DNA of 64,000 bases from Heterodontus francisci (Eukaryota): assembly GCF_036365525.1 (NCBI RefSeq), contig NC_090380.1:79485784-79549783 (forward strand). The letters run 5' to 3'. This document shows positions 14,881-28,389 of this stretch, in pieces (position 1 is the stretch's first letter; each line of letters opens with the position of its first letter). The translations under genes and the position numbers were made by a program. The notes under the pieces were generated by a model. The model was not told the DNA's origin. It made no database searches and saw nothing but the letters and a program-made list of their open reading frames with translations.

Positions 14881-15609
14881 GTTTTAGAGGATAACTCCCT
14901 TCTAAAACATTTAGGATGTCTGAATATTCAGGACCATAATGTTCCTTTTTAATATTTTCAAAAACATAATTTCTGTATAATTACTTCATGTAGCTATTTC
15001 TCACTACATAGACATTTCCTCAGTTTAGACACACTTAATTAACTACAGAATCGAATTTAATACTGAGTATAACAATATGGTAAGTTCCCTGATATACTCA
15101 ATACTCACTCAAAAGAGTGATGTTAGAATTTTACCTAATTCTTTTTCCCACAGTAGCAATATTGAATAGGATAAAAAAAAGATGAGGAGGTACTTCAAAG
15201 GTTGACAGAAATGTCATCTGGACAGGATGCAATACATCCTAGGTTGCTGTGGGAAGTAAAGGTGGAGATTGTGGAGGCTCTGGCCATAGTCTTTCAATTC
15301 TCAGATATGGGAATGGCACCAGAGGACTGGAAGATTGCAAATGCTACACCCTACTCAAAGAAGAAAAGGGAGAAAGATAAATCCAGTAATTAGAGAACAG
15401 TTAACCTAATGTCAGTGGGGAAACTTAGAGAGACAATAATCCAAGATAAAATTATGTCACTTGGAAAAATGTGTTAATAAATCACAGTCAGCATGAATTT
15501 GTTAAAGGCAAGTAAAGTTTAACTAACTTGATTGCATTTTTTGATGAAATAACAGAGGGTGGAGAAGAATAGTGCAGTTGATGCTTTGGGACTTCCAAAA
15601 GGCATTGAT

Positions 15610-16042
15610 AAAAGAAAAGAAAAAAGAAAGTCTTGCATTTATATAGTGCCTTTCATGACCACAGGATGTCCCAAAGCACCTTACAGCCAATTTTGAAAGT
15701 ACTTTTGAAATGTGGTCACTGTTATAGGAAACGTGGCAAAAATTTGCACACAGCAAACTCCCACAAACAGCAATGTGATAATGATAAAGATTTGTTTTTG
15801 TGATGTTGATTGAGGAATAAATATTGGCCAGGGCAACTCCCCTACTCTTCTTTGAAACAGTGCAATGGGATCTTTTTTGCGCCCCCAAGAGGAACCTCTC
15901 ATCTGAAAGATGACACCTTTGCAAGTGTGGCACTCCCCCAGAATATCAGCCTTAATTTTTGTGCTTAGGTCCTGGAGTAAGAATTGAACCCATAACCTTC
16001 CAGCTCAGAGACAAGAGTGCTACCAACTGGGTCACAGCAGAC
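15610..16042 (-). mobile_element. SacSINE1-like SINE nested in CR1
   Basis: Reverse-complement homology to 11000-11426, including the tail ..ctatataaatgcaagac. Confidence 0.75.
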
Positions 16043-16164
16043 ACACCTAATAGTGCCACACAATAGACTTGTTAGAACAATTGAAGCCCATGGGATTAAA
16101 GGGACAGTGGCAGAGTGGATATGAAATTGGCTAAGAGACAGAAAGCAGATTGTAGTGGTGAATA

Positions 16165-16306
16165 AAAACATAATTTCCGAAGAAGGGTCACTGACCCGAA
16201 ACGTTAACTCTGCTTCTCTTTCCTCAGATGCTGCCAGACCTGCTGAGTGGTTCCAGCATTTCTTGTTTTTATTTCAGATTTCCAGCATCCGCAGTATTTT
16301 GCTTTT
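16165..16306 (+). mobile_element. Penelope-type mini-element (142 bp) with 16-bp TSD
   Basis: Perfect TSD ATTGTAGTGGTGAATA (16149-16164 / 16307-16322). Core CCGAAGA-A-GGGTC-act-GACCC-GAAA-CGTTAACTC. Confidence 0.85.
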
Positions 16307-18639
16307 ATTGTAGTGGTGAATAGTTGCTTTTCAAACTAGAGGGGGGTATTCAATGCTGTCTCCCAGTAGTTGGTATTAGGACCACTGATGTTTATCATAT
16401 ATATTAATGACCTGGACTTGGGTATCAGAGCATTATTTCAAAGTTTGCAAATGACATAAAAGTCATAGTAAACAGTGAAAAGGATAGTAAGAGACTTCAG
16501 AAGGACATGGACTGGTGAAATGGGCAGACTGATGTCAGATAAACTTTAATGCAGAAAAGTGTGAGGTGATGTATTTTGGTGGGAAGAATGAAGAGAGGCA
16601 ATATAAACTGAATGGTACAATTTTTAATGGTGTGCAGAGAAACCTGGAGATGTACATACAAAAATCATTGAAGGCCACAGGACAGGTTGCAAAGTCTGTT
16701 TAAAAAAAGCATACAGGATCCTTGATTTTATGTACAGAGGAATGGACTTCAAAAGCAAGGAAATTATGCTAAATATAAGTCACTGGTTAGGCCCCATTTG
16801 AGGTATTTTGTTCAATTTTGAGCATCACACTTTAGGAACAATCTTGAGGCCTTAGAGAGGGTGCAGAGGAGATCTACTAGAATTATATCAGGGATGCGGG
16901 ACTTTAGTTACTTGGAAAGATTAGAGAATATAATTTTCTGGGATAATTTTCCTTCCAGCAGAGAAGGTTAAGGGGAGATTTAATTGAGCGGTTCAAAATC
17001 TTGAAGGGTTTTGACAGAGTAAACAAGGAGAAACTGTTTCCAGTGCCAGGTGGGTCTCTAACCAAGGATGCAAATTTAAGGTAATTGGCCAAAGAAACAG
17101 AGGTGAGATGAAGAAAAAATTGTTTTCATAGCGAGTTGTTATGATCTGGAATGCACTACCTGAAAGGGTGGTGGAAGCAGATGCAAAGTAACTTTCAAAA
17201 GAATATTGGATAAATATTTAAAGGGGAAAAGTTTGCAGGGCTCTGGGTAAAGGGAAGAGGAGTGGAAATGATTAGATAGCACTTTCAAAGAGCCACTACA
17301 GGCACGATGGGCCGAATGACCTCCTTCTGTGCTGAATCATTCCATGATTCTGTGATGACAATTCTCCTTGTTTCTGGTCTGAGCCTTCTGCTCTTCAAAT
17401 AGATATCATGGCATCTTTTATGTTCACCTAGTCAGGCAGATGTGGCAGAGAAGAGTGATACCTGAAATCACTTGTCCAGCAAATCTGGTGATGGATGGTT
17501 AACCTAGTTGTGAACCAGGTATGCTAATGATTGTGCCCCTTCAACTTGAAGGAGCAAAAATTCTGGCCATTCCAGGAGAAACAACCAGGATGGGGACAAG
17601 AGCATCAAAGGTGAGGTAAAGAAATGACAGAGCTCATTGACAGCTCCAGAGTATCATATTAAATGGAAGGCAAAAGGCTAGGCAGTTGGTGGCTTAAGAA
17701 TGCAATCATAAAGTGACTTGGTAAAGAGTTTTTTCCAAGGTGGATGCAGAAAGAAGTTGGGTTGGTAGGGGGCAGAAGGATGTTTCTAGTGAGGGATAAA
17801 AGGAAAGGGTCAGAGATGGTTTGATGTATGATCAAGATGATGGAGCAGAGAGGCTATGTGAGATTGCAAGGTCAATAGGTATCCAGGAATAAGGATAGGA
17901 GAGTTTATATGGCGGAGAAGTTTAGGAAGCACAGGAAAACAGTAAACTCAGAGGACTGGGCAAGCTGCATTCAGATGGAGAGTGAATTCACCAAGGATGA
18001 AGACTTGCTCAGTGCAGAGGTTGGGAGGAAAGGAGGGGGTATATCTTGGTGGGGTGGGGGACAGGACAAATTTGGGATGGGAATTGCCAATGCCATTCTG
18101 CCATCTACAAGGCACAAATCAGGAGTGTGATGGAATACTGTTCACTTGTCTGGATGAGTGCAGCTCCAACAACACCATCCTGACTTGGAAATATATTGCC
18201 ATTCCTTCAGTGTCACTGGGTCAAAATCCTGAAACTCCCTATCTAACAGCACTGTAGGTGTGCCTTCACCACACAGACTGCAGTAAGTGTCTGCTTATAA
18301 GTTCTCAAGTAAGACCCCAATTAAGACCCTCCACCTGCATATAATCAAACAATTGAGACGCAATTAACAGATTAATATGGATTTGGGAGCCAGAAGCACA
18401 TTTGAGGACTTTGGAGAAGAAAGGGGGAGTGGGTTGGAGATCAGCTGGTAGTTTGCAAGGATGGAGGGGATCAAGGATTTTTTTTAGGAAAGGGGCCATG
18501 ACAGCAGATTTGAACGTGAGAGGGACAGTACCTGACGAGAGAGAACGTTAACAATATCAGCTAACATGAGGCACAGGAAGAGAAGTTGGTTGGTCAGCAA
18601 TTTGTTTAATGTAAAGTAACCAATGCATTGATTTATTGT

Positions 18640-18768
18640 ATAATAAAATCAATAAGTGCTGGAAAATACTCAGCAGGTCTGGCAGCATCTGTGGAGGGAG
18701 AAGCAAAGTTGACGTTTCCGGTCAGTGACCTTTCATCAGAACCGTTCTGCACTATTTTGTTTTTATTT
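18640..18768 (-). mobile_element. Penelope-type mini-element with 14-bp TSD
   Basis: TSD CA(T/C)TGATTTATTGT (18626-18639 / 18769-18782). Minus strand reads CTGATGA-A-AGGTC-act-GACCG-GAAA-CGTC. Confidence 0.8.
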
Positions 18769-19069
18769 CACTGATTTATTGTGATAGGAATACCTTGAAG
18801 TTGCAACAAAACATTTGAAGTCAGTTCCTATGCCTTGTGAAGTCAGGTGTTATTGTCTAATTACTGCCATCACCCTGCAAGCATCTCAATAATGATTTAG
18901 TAATTGGAGTCATCATTGTCGCTCCAAAACCACAACCAACATCTGGTATCATTACCTGGATGTTGATCAGTGATATCGCATTAAGCAATCTTTAAGTGTT
19001 TGCCTTGGCTCTCCACATTCACATTTGACATTTCTCACCTTCCACTTGGTCATATTATCACCAATCTTT

Positions 19070-22000
19070 GCAATATTAAGTTTGAAAGTGACATACTCAA
19101 GTCCAATACAAGAATCTTAAACTTAAACAAAGCCAATTATGTGGTATGAGGGGGGAGCTAGCTAAGATTGATTGGGTAAATAGACTAAAAGGTATGGCGG
19201 TAAATAAACAGTGGGAAACATTTAAAGAAATAATTCAAAATGTTCAACAAAAATACAGTCCATTGAAAAACAAAAACTCAGCGAGAAACATCCATCTGTG
19301 GCTTACTAGGGAAGTTAAGGATAGTAATAGATTAAAAGGAGAGGCATATAATGTTGCAATGAATATTAGTGAGCCTGAGGCTTTGGAGAGGTTTAAACAC
19401 CAGCAAAGGGCAACCAAAAAGTTGATAAAAAGGAAAAAATTACAATATGTGAGTAAACAAGCCAGGAACATAAAAACAGATTGTAAGAGCTTTTACAAGT
19501 ATATTAAAAGGAGAGTAGCTAAAGTAAATGTTGGTCCCTTAGAGGCAGAGACAAGAGAAATTATCATGGGGAATGAATGGGCAGACACTGAACAAATATT
19601 TTAAGTCTTCACAGTAGAAGACACACATTACACACCAGAAATCTTCTCCTTCTTCTTCTTCTTTGGCCTCCTTGTCTCGAGAGACAATGGGTAAGTGCCT
19701 AGAGGTGGTCAGTGGTTTGTGAAGCAGCACCTGCAGTGGCTATAAAGGCCAATTCTAGAGTGACAGACTCTTCCACAGGCGCTGTAGATAGAATTGGTTG
19801 TCGGGGCTGTTACACGGTTGGCTCTCTCCTTGCACTTCTGTCTTTTTTCCTGCCAACTGCTAAGTCTCTGCAACTCGCCACTCTTTAGCCCTGCCTTTAT
19901 GGCTGTCCGCCAGCTCTAGCGATCACTGGCAACTGACTCCCACGACTTCTGGTCAATGTCACAGGACTTCATGTTGCGTTTTCAGACGTCTTTAAAGCAG
20001 AGACTTGGACTCTGATACCAGTGACGCACTCGCTGTACAATGCGTCCTTGGTGATCCTGCCATCTTCCATGCGGCTCACATGGCCAACCCATTTCAAGCG
20101 CCGCTGGCTCAGTAGGGTGTATATGCTGGGGATGTTGGCCGCCTCGAGGACTTCCGCGTTGGAGATACGATCCTGCCACCTGATGCCAAGGATTCTCCGG
20201 AGGCAGCGAAGATGGAATGAGTTGAGGCATCGCTCTTGGCTGACATGCGCTGTCCAGGCCTCGCTGCCGTAGAGCAAGGTACTGAGGACACAGGTTTGAT
20301 ATACTCGGACTTTTGTGTTCTGTGTCAGTGCACCATTTTCCCACACCCTCTTGGCCAGTCTGGACATAGCAGCGGACGCGTTTCCTGTGTGCTTGTTGAT
20401 TTCTGCATCTAGAGACAGGTTACTGGTGATAGTTGAGCCTAGGTAGGTGAACTCTTGAACCACTTCCAGAGCATGGTTGCCAATATTGATGGATGGAGCA
20501 TTTCTGACGTCCTGTCCCATGATGTTCGTTTTCTTGAGGTTGATGGTTAGGCCAAATTTGTTGCAGGCAGCCGCAAACCTGTCGATGAGACTCTGCAGAC
20601 ACTCTTCAGTGTGAGATGTTAAAGCAGCATCATCAGCAAAGAGAAGTTCCCTGATGAGGACTTTCCATACTTTGGTCTTTGCTCTAAGACGGGCAAGGTT
20701 GAACAACCTGCCACCTGATCTTGTGTGGAGGAAAATTTCTTCTTCTGAAGATTTGAACGCATGTGAGAGCAGCAGTGAGAAGAAGATCCCAAACAGTGTA
20801 GGTGCGAGAACACAGCCCTGTTTCACACCACTCAGGATAGAAAAGGGGTCTGATGAGGCGCCGCTATGCTGAATTGTGCCTTTCATATTGTCATGGAATG
20901 AGGTGATGATACTTAGTAGCTCTGGTGGACATCCGATCTTTGCTAGTAGACCATGTGTGCTGACGAGGTCAAAGGCTTTGGTGAGATTTATGAAAGCAAC
21001 GTAGAGGGGCATCTGTTGTTCGCGGCAGTTCTCCTGTAGCTGGCGAAGGGAGAACAGCATGTCAATGGTGGATCTCTCTGCTCGAAAGCCACACTGTGCC
21101 TCAGGGTAGACACGCTCAGCCAGCTTCTGGAGTCTCTTTAAAACGACTCGAGCAAAGACTTTCCCCACTATGCTGAGCAAGGAGATTCCACGGTAATTGT
21201 TGCAGTCACCACAGTCACCCTTGTTCATATGGAGGGTGATGATATTGTCATCGCGCATGTCCTGTGGTAATGCTCCCTCATCCCAGCACAGGCAAAGCAG
21301 TTCATGGATTGCTGAGAGTATAGCAGGCTTGGCACTCTTGATTATTTCAGGGGTAATGCCGTCCTTTCCAGGGGCTTTTCCACTGGCTAGAGAATCAATG
21401 GCATCACTGAGTTCCGATTTTGTTGGTTGTATGTCCAGCTCATCCATGACTGGCAGAGACAGGGCTGCATTGAGGAAATAGAGGGTTACCAAAGGGCCAA
21501 TCAGAGTGAGGAACTTAAAATAATTAATTTCAGCAGAGAAATAGAGAAACTTAAGGAATTAAAAGCCAACAGATCTCCAGGATCTGATGGCCTACATCCT
21601 AGGATTCTAAAAGAGGTAGCTGCAGAGATGGTGGATGCACTGGTTATGAGTGTCCAAAATTCCTTCGATTCCAGAATGGTTCTAGCAGATTGGAAGTTAA
21701 CAAATGTAACACTGCTATTTAAGAAAGGAGGGAGAGAGAAAAACAGGAACAACAGGCCAGGTAGCCTGACATCAATTGTTGAGAAAATGCTGGAACCTAT
21801 TATTAAGGAAGTCTTAACAACGCACTGAAAAAATCATAGTATGATCAGACAGCGTCATGAAAGGCAAATTGTGGTTGACAAATTTATTAGAGTTTTTTGA
21901 GGATGGAACTAGTAGCGTTGTTAAAGGGGTACCAGTAGATGTAATGTACTTGGATTTTCAAAAAGTATTTGTTAAGGTGCCACACAAAAGGTTAGTATGA

Positions 22001-22982
22001 AAAATAAGGGCTCATGGAGTTGGGGCAATATATCAGCGTTGATGGAGGATTGGTTAACAGACAGGAAGCAGAGTGGGATAAATAGGGCATTTTCAAGTTG
22101 GCAGGCTGTAACTAGTGAAGTGCCACAAGGAATAGTGCTGGGGCCTCAGCTATTAATAATCTATATTAGTGACTTAGACGAAGAGACCGAGAATAATATA
22201 TCTAATTTTGCTGATGATAGAAAGCTAGGTGGGAATGCAAGCTGTGACGAGGACACAAAGAGGCTGCAAAGAGATATATACAGGTTAAGTGAGTGGGCAA
22301 CAAGGTGGCAGATGGCGTATAATGTGGGGAAGTGTGAGGTTATTCACTTAGGTTGTAAGAAAAGAAAAGCAGAATATTTTTTGAAAAAGGCATGAAACTT
22401 TTAAATGTTGATGTTCAGAGACTCTTGGGTGTACTTGTACAAGAAACACAGAAAGTTAGCATGCAGGCACAGCAAGCAATTAGGAAGTCAAATGGTATGT
22501 AGGCCTTGATTGCAAGGGGACTGGAATACAAGAACAAGGAAATCTTGCTACAATTGTATAGGGCTTTGGTGAGACCACACCTGGAGTACTGTGTGCAGTT
22601 TGTACTCCATATCTAAGGAAGGATAGAGAGTGAAGGTTTACTCGATTGGTTCCTGGGATGAGAAGGTTGTCCTATGATGAGAAGCTGAGTAAATTGGGTC
22701 TATACTCTCTGGAGTTTTGAATCATGGGAGGCAATCCCATTGAAATATACAAGACCCTGAAGGGGCATGACAGGGTAGACACTGAGAGGTTGTTTCACAT
22801 GGCAGGGGTGATTAGCCTCAGGATTAGGGTCAATTATTTAGGACTGAGATGAGGAGAAATTTCTTCACTCAGAGAGTTGTGAATCTTTGGAATTTTTTAC
22901 CACAGAGGGTTGTGGATGCTACATCATTGAGTATATTCAAGGCAGGGATAGATAGATTTTTGATGTCTCGGGGAATCAAGGT
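19070..22982 (+). mobile_element. CR1 LINE ORF2 (decayed), split by an RTE insertion
   Basis: WETFK..IKTDCKSFYKYIK, SPGSDGLHPRILKE, VPQGIVLGP..FADD, RRNFFTQRVVNLWN. Confidence 0.85.
19643..21474 (-). mobile_element. 5'-truncated RTE-clade LINE with an open RT frame
   Basis: About 500 aa open frame: GKAPGKDGI, NNYRGISLLSIVGK, QCGFR, GVKQGCVLAPTLF, LLFADD, FTYLGS, LLYGSE. (GAA)n-type tail. TSD GAAAT (19638-19642 / 21475-21479). Confidence 0.9.
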
Positions 22983-23639
22983 GAATGAACAGTGTTTGTT
23001 GTCATTATGCTTAGAGTTGCCAACAAAATTCCTGTGGGCTTTTACATTCAGATTTACAGTAATCAGACAATCAAATCAGTGCAGCGCTATCTACAGGATA
23101 TCTGGGACCTGTGTGCAGGAGATAAACAATCAGATTGAAGAATCCTCACTGAGATTAGCATGAGTTTAAAACAGGAAGTGCAATTTAGAATAGTTAATTC
23201 AATGTAAAATCATGTACAGAAAGCCAACTACAGATGAGGAAAGAAATATGGAATTAAGAGAGGCAAGTAAAAAAGACAGAAAAAAAAGTATTTTTCAAAA
23301 CCTTCAACATTAATTAAAATCTGAAGGAATGAGACTCCACACTTGTAAAATTTAATTTTCAGCACCAGAGAGGTTGTTTGGCAGCAATTAAGACTGATCA
23401 CAGTTTAAAAAAATTTACTTACACTTGAATGGATACACTCTAACTGTGTGACATCTTTAGTGGGTATCTGATGGGTAAATAATGCAACCTCATGCCCTTC
23501 TTGTGCTTTAATGCTGAATCTATCAGCAAGGTACAGATGTAGTGAAGCTTGTGGAAGAGAAAGGCAACACGGACAGCAACCTCCTGATTTCCACATTTAA
23601 CTGCGCTGTGACCCCCAAGATGAGCTTACGATCTCATGT

Positions 23640-24315
23640 TCGTGCCATCACAAAGACTACCTATTTCAAGCTCTGTAACATTGCCTGATCTCACCCTTGT
23701 CTGTGCTCATCTGGTGCAATCCTCATTCTTGCCTTTGTTATCTCTATACTTGACTATTCCAGTGCATTCCTGGCTGGTCTCCCACATTCTCTGCTCCATA
23801 AACTTGAGGTTATCCAAAGCTCAGCTGCCCATGTCTTAACTTGCACCAAGTCCCATTCCCCTGTCACGCCTGTGCTTGCTGACCTACATTTGCTCCTGGT
23901 CAAGCAATGTTTTGATTTTAAAATTCTCATCCCTGTTTTCAAATCTCTCCATGGTTTTGCCCTCCCCATCTCTGCAATCTCTTCCAGCAGCACAATGCCC
24001 TGAGGTATCTACACTCTTCTAATTCTGGTCTCTTGTGCATCCTCGAATTTAATCCCTTCACCTTTGGTGGCTGCGCCTTCAGTTGTATCGGCCCTAAGCT
24101 CTGGAATAATCTTCCTACACCTCTCCAGCTCTCAACCTCACTTGCCTCCTTTAAGACACTCTTAAAACCTACCTCTTTGACCAAGCTTTTGGTCATCTGA
24201 CCTAATATCTTCTTATGTGGCTCGGTGTCATATTTTGTTTTATAATGTTCCTGTGAAGTGCCTTGGGATGTTTTATTATTTTAAAGGTGCTATATAAATA
24301 TAAGTTGTTGTTGTG
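23640..24315 (+). mobile_element. L2 LINE 3' end
   Basis: LDYSSAFLAGLP..FKILI..LWNNLP..FKTLLKTYLF motifs; tail aaaggtgctatataaatataagttgttgttg. Confidence 0.8.
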
Positions 24316-25469
24316 TGGAGGCTGGAAGTTGCTGTCTGATTTACTACTTGAGAACAGTGAGTGCTGACAGCCTAAGTGTTATTTCTATCACAAAATCCAG
24401 GGCATTATCTTGCTCCATCCTTGCCAGTATTTCTTTGCATCAGTACAGAATTTCTCTTTAATAACTATTACTTTCCTTCTTGATCATATATGTTATATGC
24501 TGCTACTTTACAGTAATAGTCATAATTTATCTTTATGTTCTTCTTTAAGCCATCCAACTTGTTCCTGATTTCCTGCCAAGCTCTTTAATTATGGAGGAGG
24601 CAGTAAGCATGCTGATTTCTCATTGAAAGAGTGAATTCTATGACCATTAGAAGACTTGGCAGGAAGTCATAAAGATGTTGAATATCTTCATCAGCCAGAA
24701 TCTGATCAAGACCCTCCAGTACAGAGATCTCAAGGCTGAGTCAATAAATTGTACTTTTCTCAATTGTCATTGAGCCATCCACAAATATTTAACATCGACA
24801 GCTGCATTAATGATTTTTTGGCATTTGTACTGGTTAAGTGATTTATTAGATGCTTCAGAAGAATTAAAGGACGAATATTGCAGACGTACCATGAATAGTT
24901 GCTCTTATTTTGTTATCGCTGACAGAATACTTTCTCAGGAAGTGGCAAGGAACAATGCCATAATTTGCTTTTCAGTTAAAATGCCCATTCTTTGAGAAAT
25001 TAGGAAGACAGAGCTCTAGTATTCAGTGTTTATTGCAATTAATGACACTTTTATTACTTAACAATTAGAAATCATGAAAACCACACATGGAAGATTCATT
25101 GCCAAGACAATGATACTGTTGGAGTAAAAATGCATCTTCCCAGCAGCAGCAATGATGAGTTGCTAGCCTGCTGACCACGAAGAATATAAATAATATGTTG
25201 GTCTGATATAGACAGCTTTATACTCATAGGAAGTAAAGCTCACATAGCATGCATCCATGTTACCAATCACTTGAAAGACATCTTAAAGAGAATTATATCC
25301 TTGGTGATCTGCTCAGTAAGTTGGTTGTTCTTTACATTTATAAGTGTGGAATTTAAACACCCACCTCCTTCCCTTTTACATCTCATGAACAACTCTTAGG
25401 TTTAATACGTTTCCAAAAATGCCATAGGTAAAAGATTCCAGCCACCATCCTAGTTTTTCAGATATAACA

Positions 25470-25955
25470 TTTTTTTTTATTCATTTATGGGATGTAGGCA
25501 TCACTGGCTAGGCCAGCATTTATTGTCCATCCCTAATTGCCCTTGCGAAGGTGGTGGTAAGCTGCCTTCTTGAACCGCTGCAGTCCATTTGGGGTAGGGA
25601 CACCCACAGTGCTGTTAGGAAGGGAGTTCCAGAATTTTGACCTAGCGACAGTGAAGGAACGACGATATAGTTCCAAGTCAGGATGGTGTGTGACTTGGAG
25701 GGGAACTTGCAGGTGGTGGTGTCCCCATGCATTTGCTGCCCTTGACCTTCTAGGTGGTAGAGGTCATGGAAGGTGCTGTCTAAGTAGCTTTGGTGCATTG
25801 CTGCAGTGCATCTTGTAGATGGTACACACTGCTGCCACTGTGTGTCGGTGGTGGAGGGAGTGAATGTTTGTGGATGAGGTGCCAATCAAGTGGGCTGCTT
25901 TGTCCTGGCTGGTGTCGAGCTTCTTGAGTGTTGTTGGAGCTGCACCCATCCAGGC
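25470..25955 (-). mobile_element. LINE family B 3' fragment
   Basis: MGAAPTTLKKLDTSQDKAAHLIG..HSLHHRHTVAAVCTIYKMHC plus the family tail. Confidence 0.8.
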
Positions 25956-26079
25956 GACATAAAAGCATCTTGACTAATATAATTTATTTGATTCTTTCTT
26001 GCTGTCACATGATACAGAAGGCTACAATTGGTTACATTGGAGTCTGCCCGGCTCTGTAGTAGCACTTTTTGCTCTGAGT

Positions 26080-28110
26080 CAGAACATAGGAAAAGGAATA
26101 GGTTATTCGGGTCCTCAAGCCTGTTGCTCCTTGCAATTAGATTATGGCTGAGCTGTACCTTAAACCTATTTGCAAAACTTTATTGATCTCAGTCTTGAAC
26201 TTTCAATTGAGCCAGCACGTACAGCCTTTTGTGGGAGGAGAATTCCTGATTTTCACTACCTTGTGCATGAAAAGGTGACTCCTGCCTTTACTGCTAAATG
26301 GCTTAGCACAAATCCTAAGATTGGGCCCCCTTGTTCTGATTACCCGCCAAAGGAAATCATTTATTAATTCTATTGAATTATTTTATAATTTTAAATACCT
26401 CAATTAGATCATCCCTCAACCTTCTGAACTGAAAGGGATACAAGCCACGTTTATGTAACCTACCTTCAGAATTCAGCCCTCTAAGCCCTGATAATGTTCT
26501 AGTTAATCTGTGTTCTACCTGCTCCAAGACTAGTATATCCTTTCTGAGGTGTATTGCCCAAAACTGAGCATAATACTCTAGTTGGAATTTGACCAAGGCT
26601 CTGTGCAACTGAGGCATAACTTGGATATTGGAATACAGAGTGAAATTTTAAAATTTGCCAATGATAACAAACTTGTAGTTGTGGCAAACAGTGAGAATGT
26701 TACTAATCAACTGCAACAGGACATTGATAGGCTAGCAGAATGGGCAGACAAGTGGCAGATAGAATTTAATAAACAGAAGTATGAGGTGATGCATTTTGGC
26801 AGAGGGGATAGGGAGAGGCAATATAGACTTAATTAAAGTTCTGAAGACTGTACAGGAACAGAGGGATCTAGGAGTTCATGTGCATAGATCTTGGAAGGTG
26901 GCAGGACATATTGAGAGAGTGGTTAGCCAAGCATGTTACATCTTGGGCTTCATAAATAGAAGTATTGAGTAGAAATGCAGGGGGGCTATGCTGAACCTTT
27001 ATAAAGAGCTGGCTGGGCCCCAACTAGAGTATTGCGTCTAGTTCTGGTTGCCACACTTTAGGAATGATGTGAAGGTCCTGGAGAGGGTGCAGAGGAGATT
27101 TACCAGAATGGTTCCAGGGAAGAGGGATCTTAGCTATAAGGTTAGCTTGGAGAAGCTGGGGTTGTTCTTCCTGGAGCAAAGGAGGTTGAGGGGAGATTTA
27201 ATAGAGGCGTTCAAGATTATGATAGGTTTCGATAAAGTAGACAAAGATAAGCTGTTCCCATTAGATGATCATACAAGGACTAGGGGATACAGATTTAAGG
27301 TTTTGGGAAAGAGATGGAGGAGGAATGTGAGGAAAAACATTTTTCATGTCGCGAGCGGTAATGACCTGGAACTTGCTGTCTACAAGGGTGGTGGAAATGG
27401 GGATGAGCAATGATTTCAAAAGGAAATTAGATGGGCAATTGAAGAAAATCAACTTGCAGGGCTACAGGGATAGAACAGGGAAATAATATGGACTGGATTG
27501 CACTACAGAGAGCTGGCATGGACTTGATGGGCTGAATTGCCGCCTTCTGTGCCATTATGACTCTATGACATTCCATGAGGCACTTGGAATACTTTTTGTA
27601 CCTGTGCACTAGCTTTTATTGATTTGTGTACACAGCCAAATGTTTGCTCCTCCACAGTACCTACTCTTTCCCCACTTAGAAAGTATTCTGATTTGACCTC
27701 ACATTGAACTCCATCTGCAACAGTCTGCCAACCACTTAATCTGTCCATGTCCCTTTGAAACTTTATGCTCCCATCTTGACACATTACTGTGCTTCCCAAC
27801 TTAGCGTCATCTGCAAACTTGGATATACAGCTATCTATTCCTTCATCGAAGTCACTAATACATTTAGAAAACCCTGGGGAGCACCTCTTATCACATCAGA
27901 GAATGTTTCCTTTTTTCCTACTCTCTGTCTCCTGCCTCCCAACCAATTATCAACCCATTATCACAAGTTTACCTGAAACTCTGTGAACTCTCATTTTTGC
28001 TAATGACACATTGTATGGAAGCTTATCAAAGCTTTCTGAAAGTTGATATAGATAATATCCATTCCATGTCCAACACGCTTGTAACCTCCCCAAAAAATCC
28101 AACTAAATTA
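26080..28110. mobile_element. Cluster of three CR1 fragments (- 26080-26610, + 26612-27570, - 27590-28110)
   Basis: LEYYAQFW..LRDDLIEVFKI (-); KFANDNK..LQQDIDRLAEWADKWQ..LERVQRRFTRMVPG (+); FQRDMDRLSGW (-). Confidence 0.75.
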
Positions 28111-28389
28111 GGCAACGATAGCAACAACTTGTGTTTATATAGACCCAGGGTTGTGGGGCTGGAGGAGGTTACAGAGATAGGGAGGGGCAAGGCCATGGAG
28201 GGATCGAAAGAAAGGATGAGAAGTTTTAAATCCAGGCATTACTTAATTGGGAGCCAATGTAGGTCAGCGCATGCAGGAGTGATGTGTGAATGGGACTTAC
28301 TGTGAGTAAGGACACAAACAGGAGAGTTTTGGATGACTGTCTGCTCTTACTACTTTCATTAAAACCTTTACGATTAGCTTTGACATCCC

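Larger units (their letters stand above)
15150..17355 (+). mobile_element. Decayed CR1 LINE (RT region) with nested SINE and mini-element
   Basis: IHPRLLWEV..PEDWKIANATP, DFQKA, LGP..FI.YINDLD motifs and CR1 3'UTR. Confidence 0.8.

Noticed and set aside
19969-21492. 507-aa ORF as a host gene or autonomous element
   Set aside because: It is a 5'-truncated RTE with no endonuclease. The first residues come from the flanking CR1 and the C-terminus is frameshifted.
26080-27570. Twin-priming inversion of one CR1
   Set aside because: Both oppositely oriented pieces have their own 3' ends and cover overlapping parts of ORF2, so they are two insertions.
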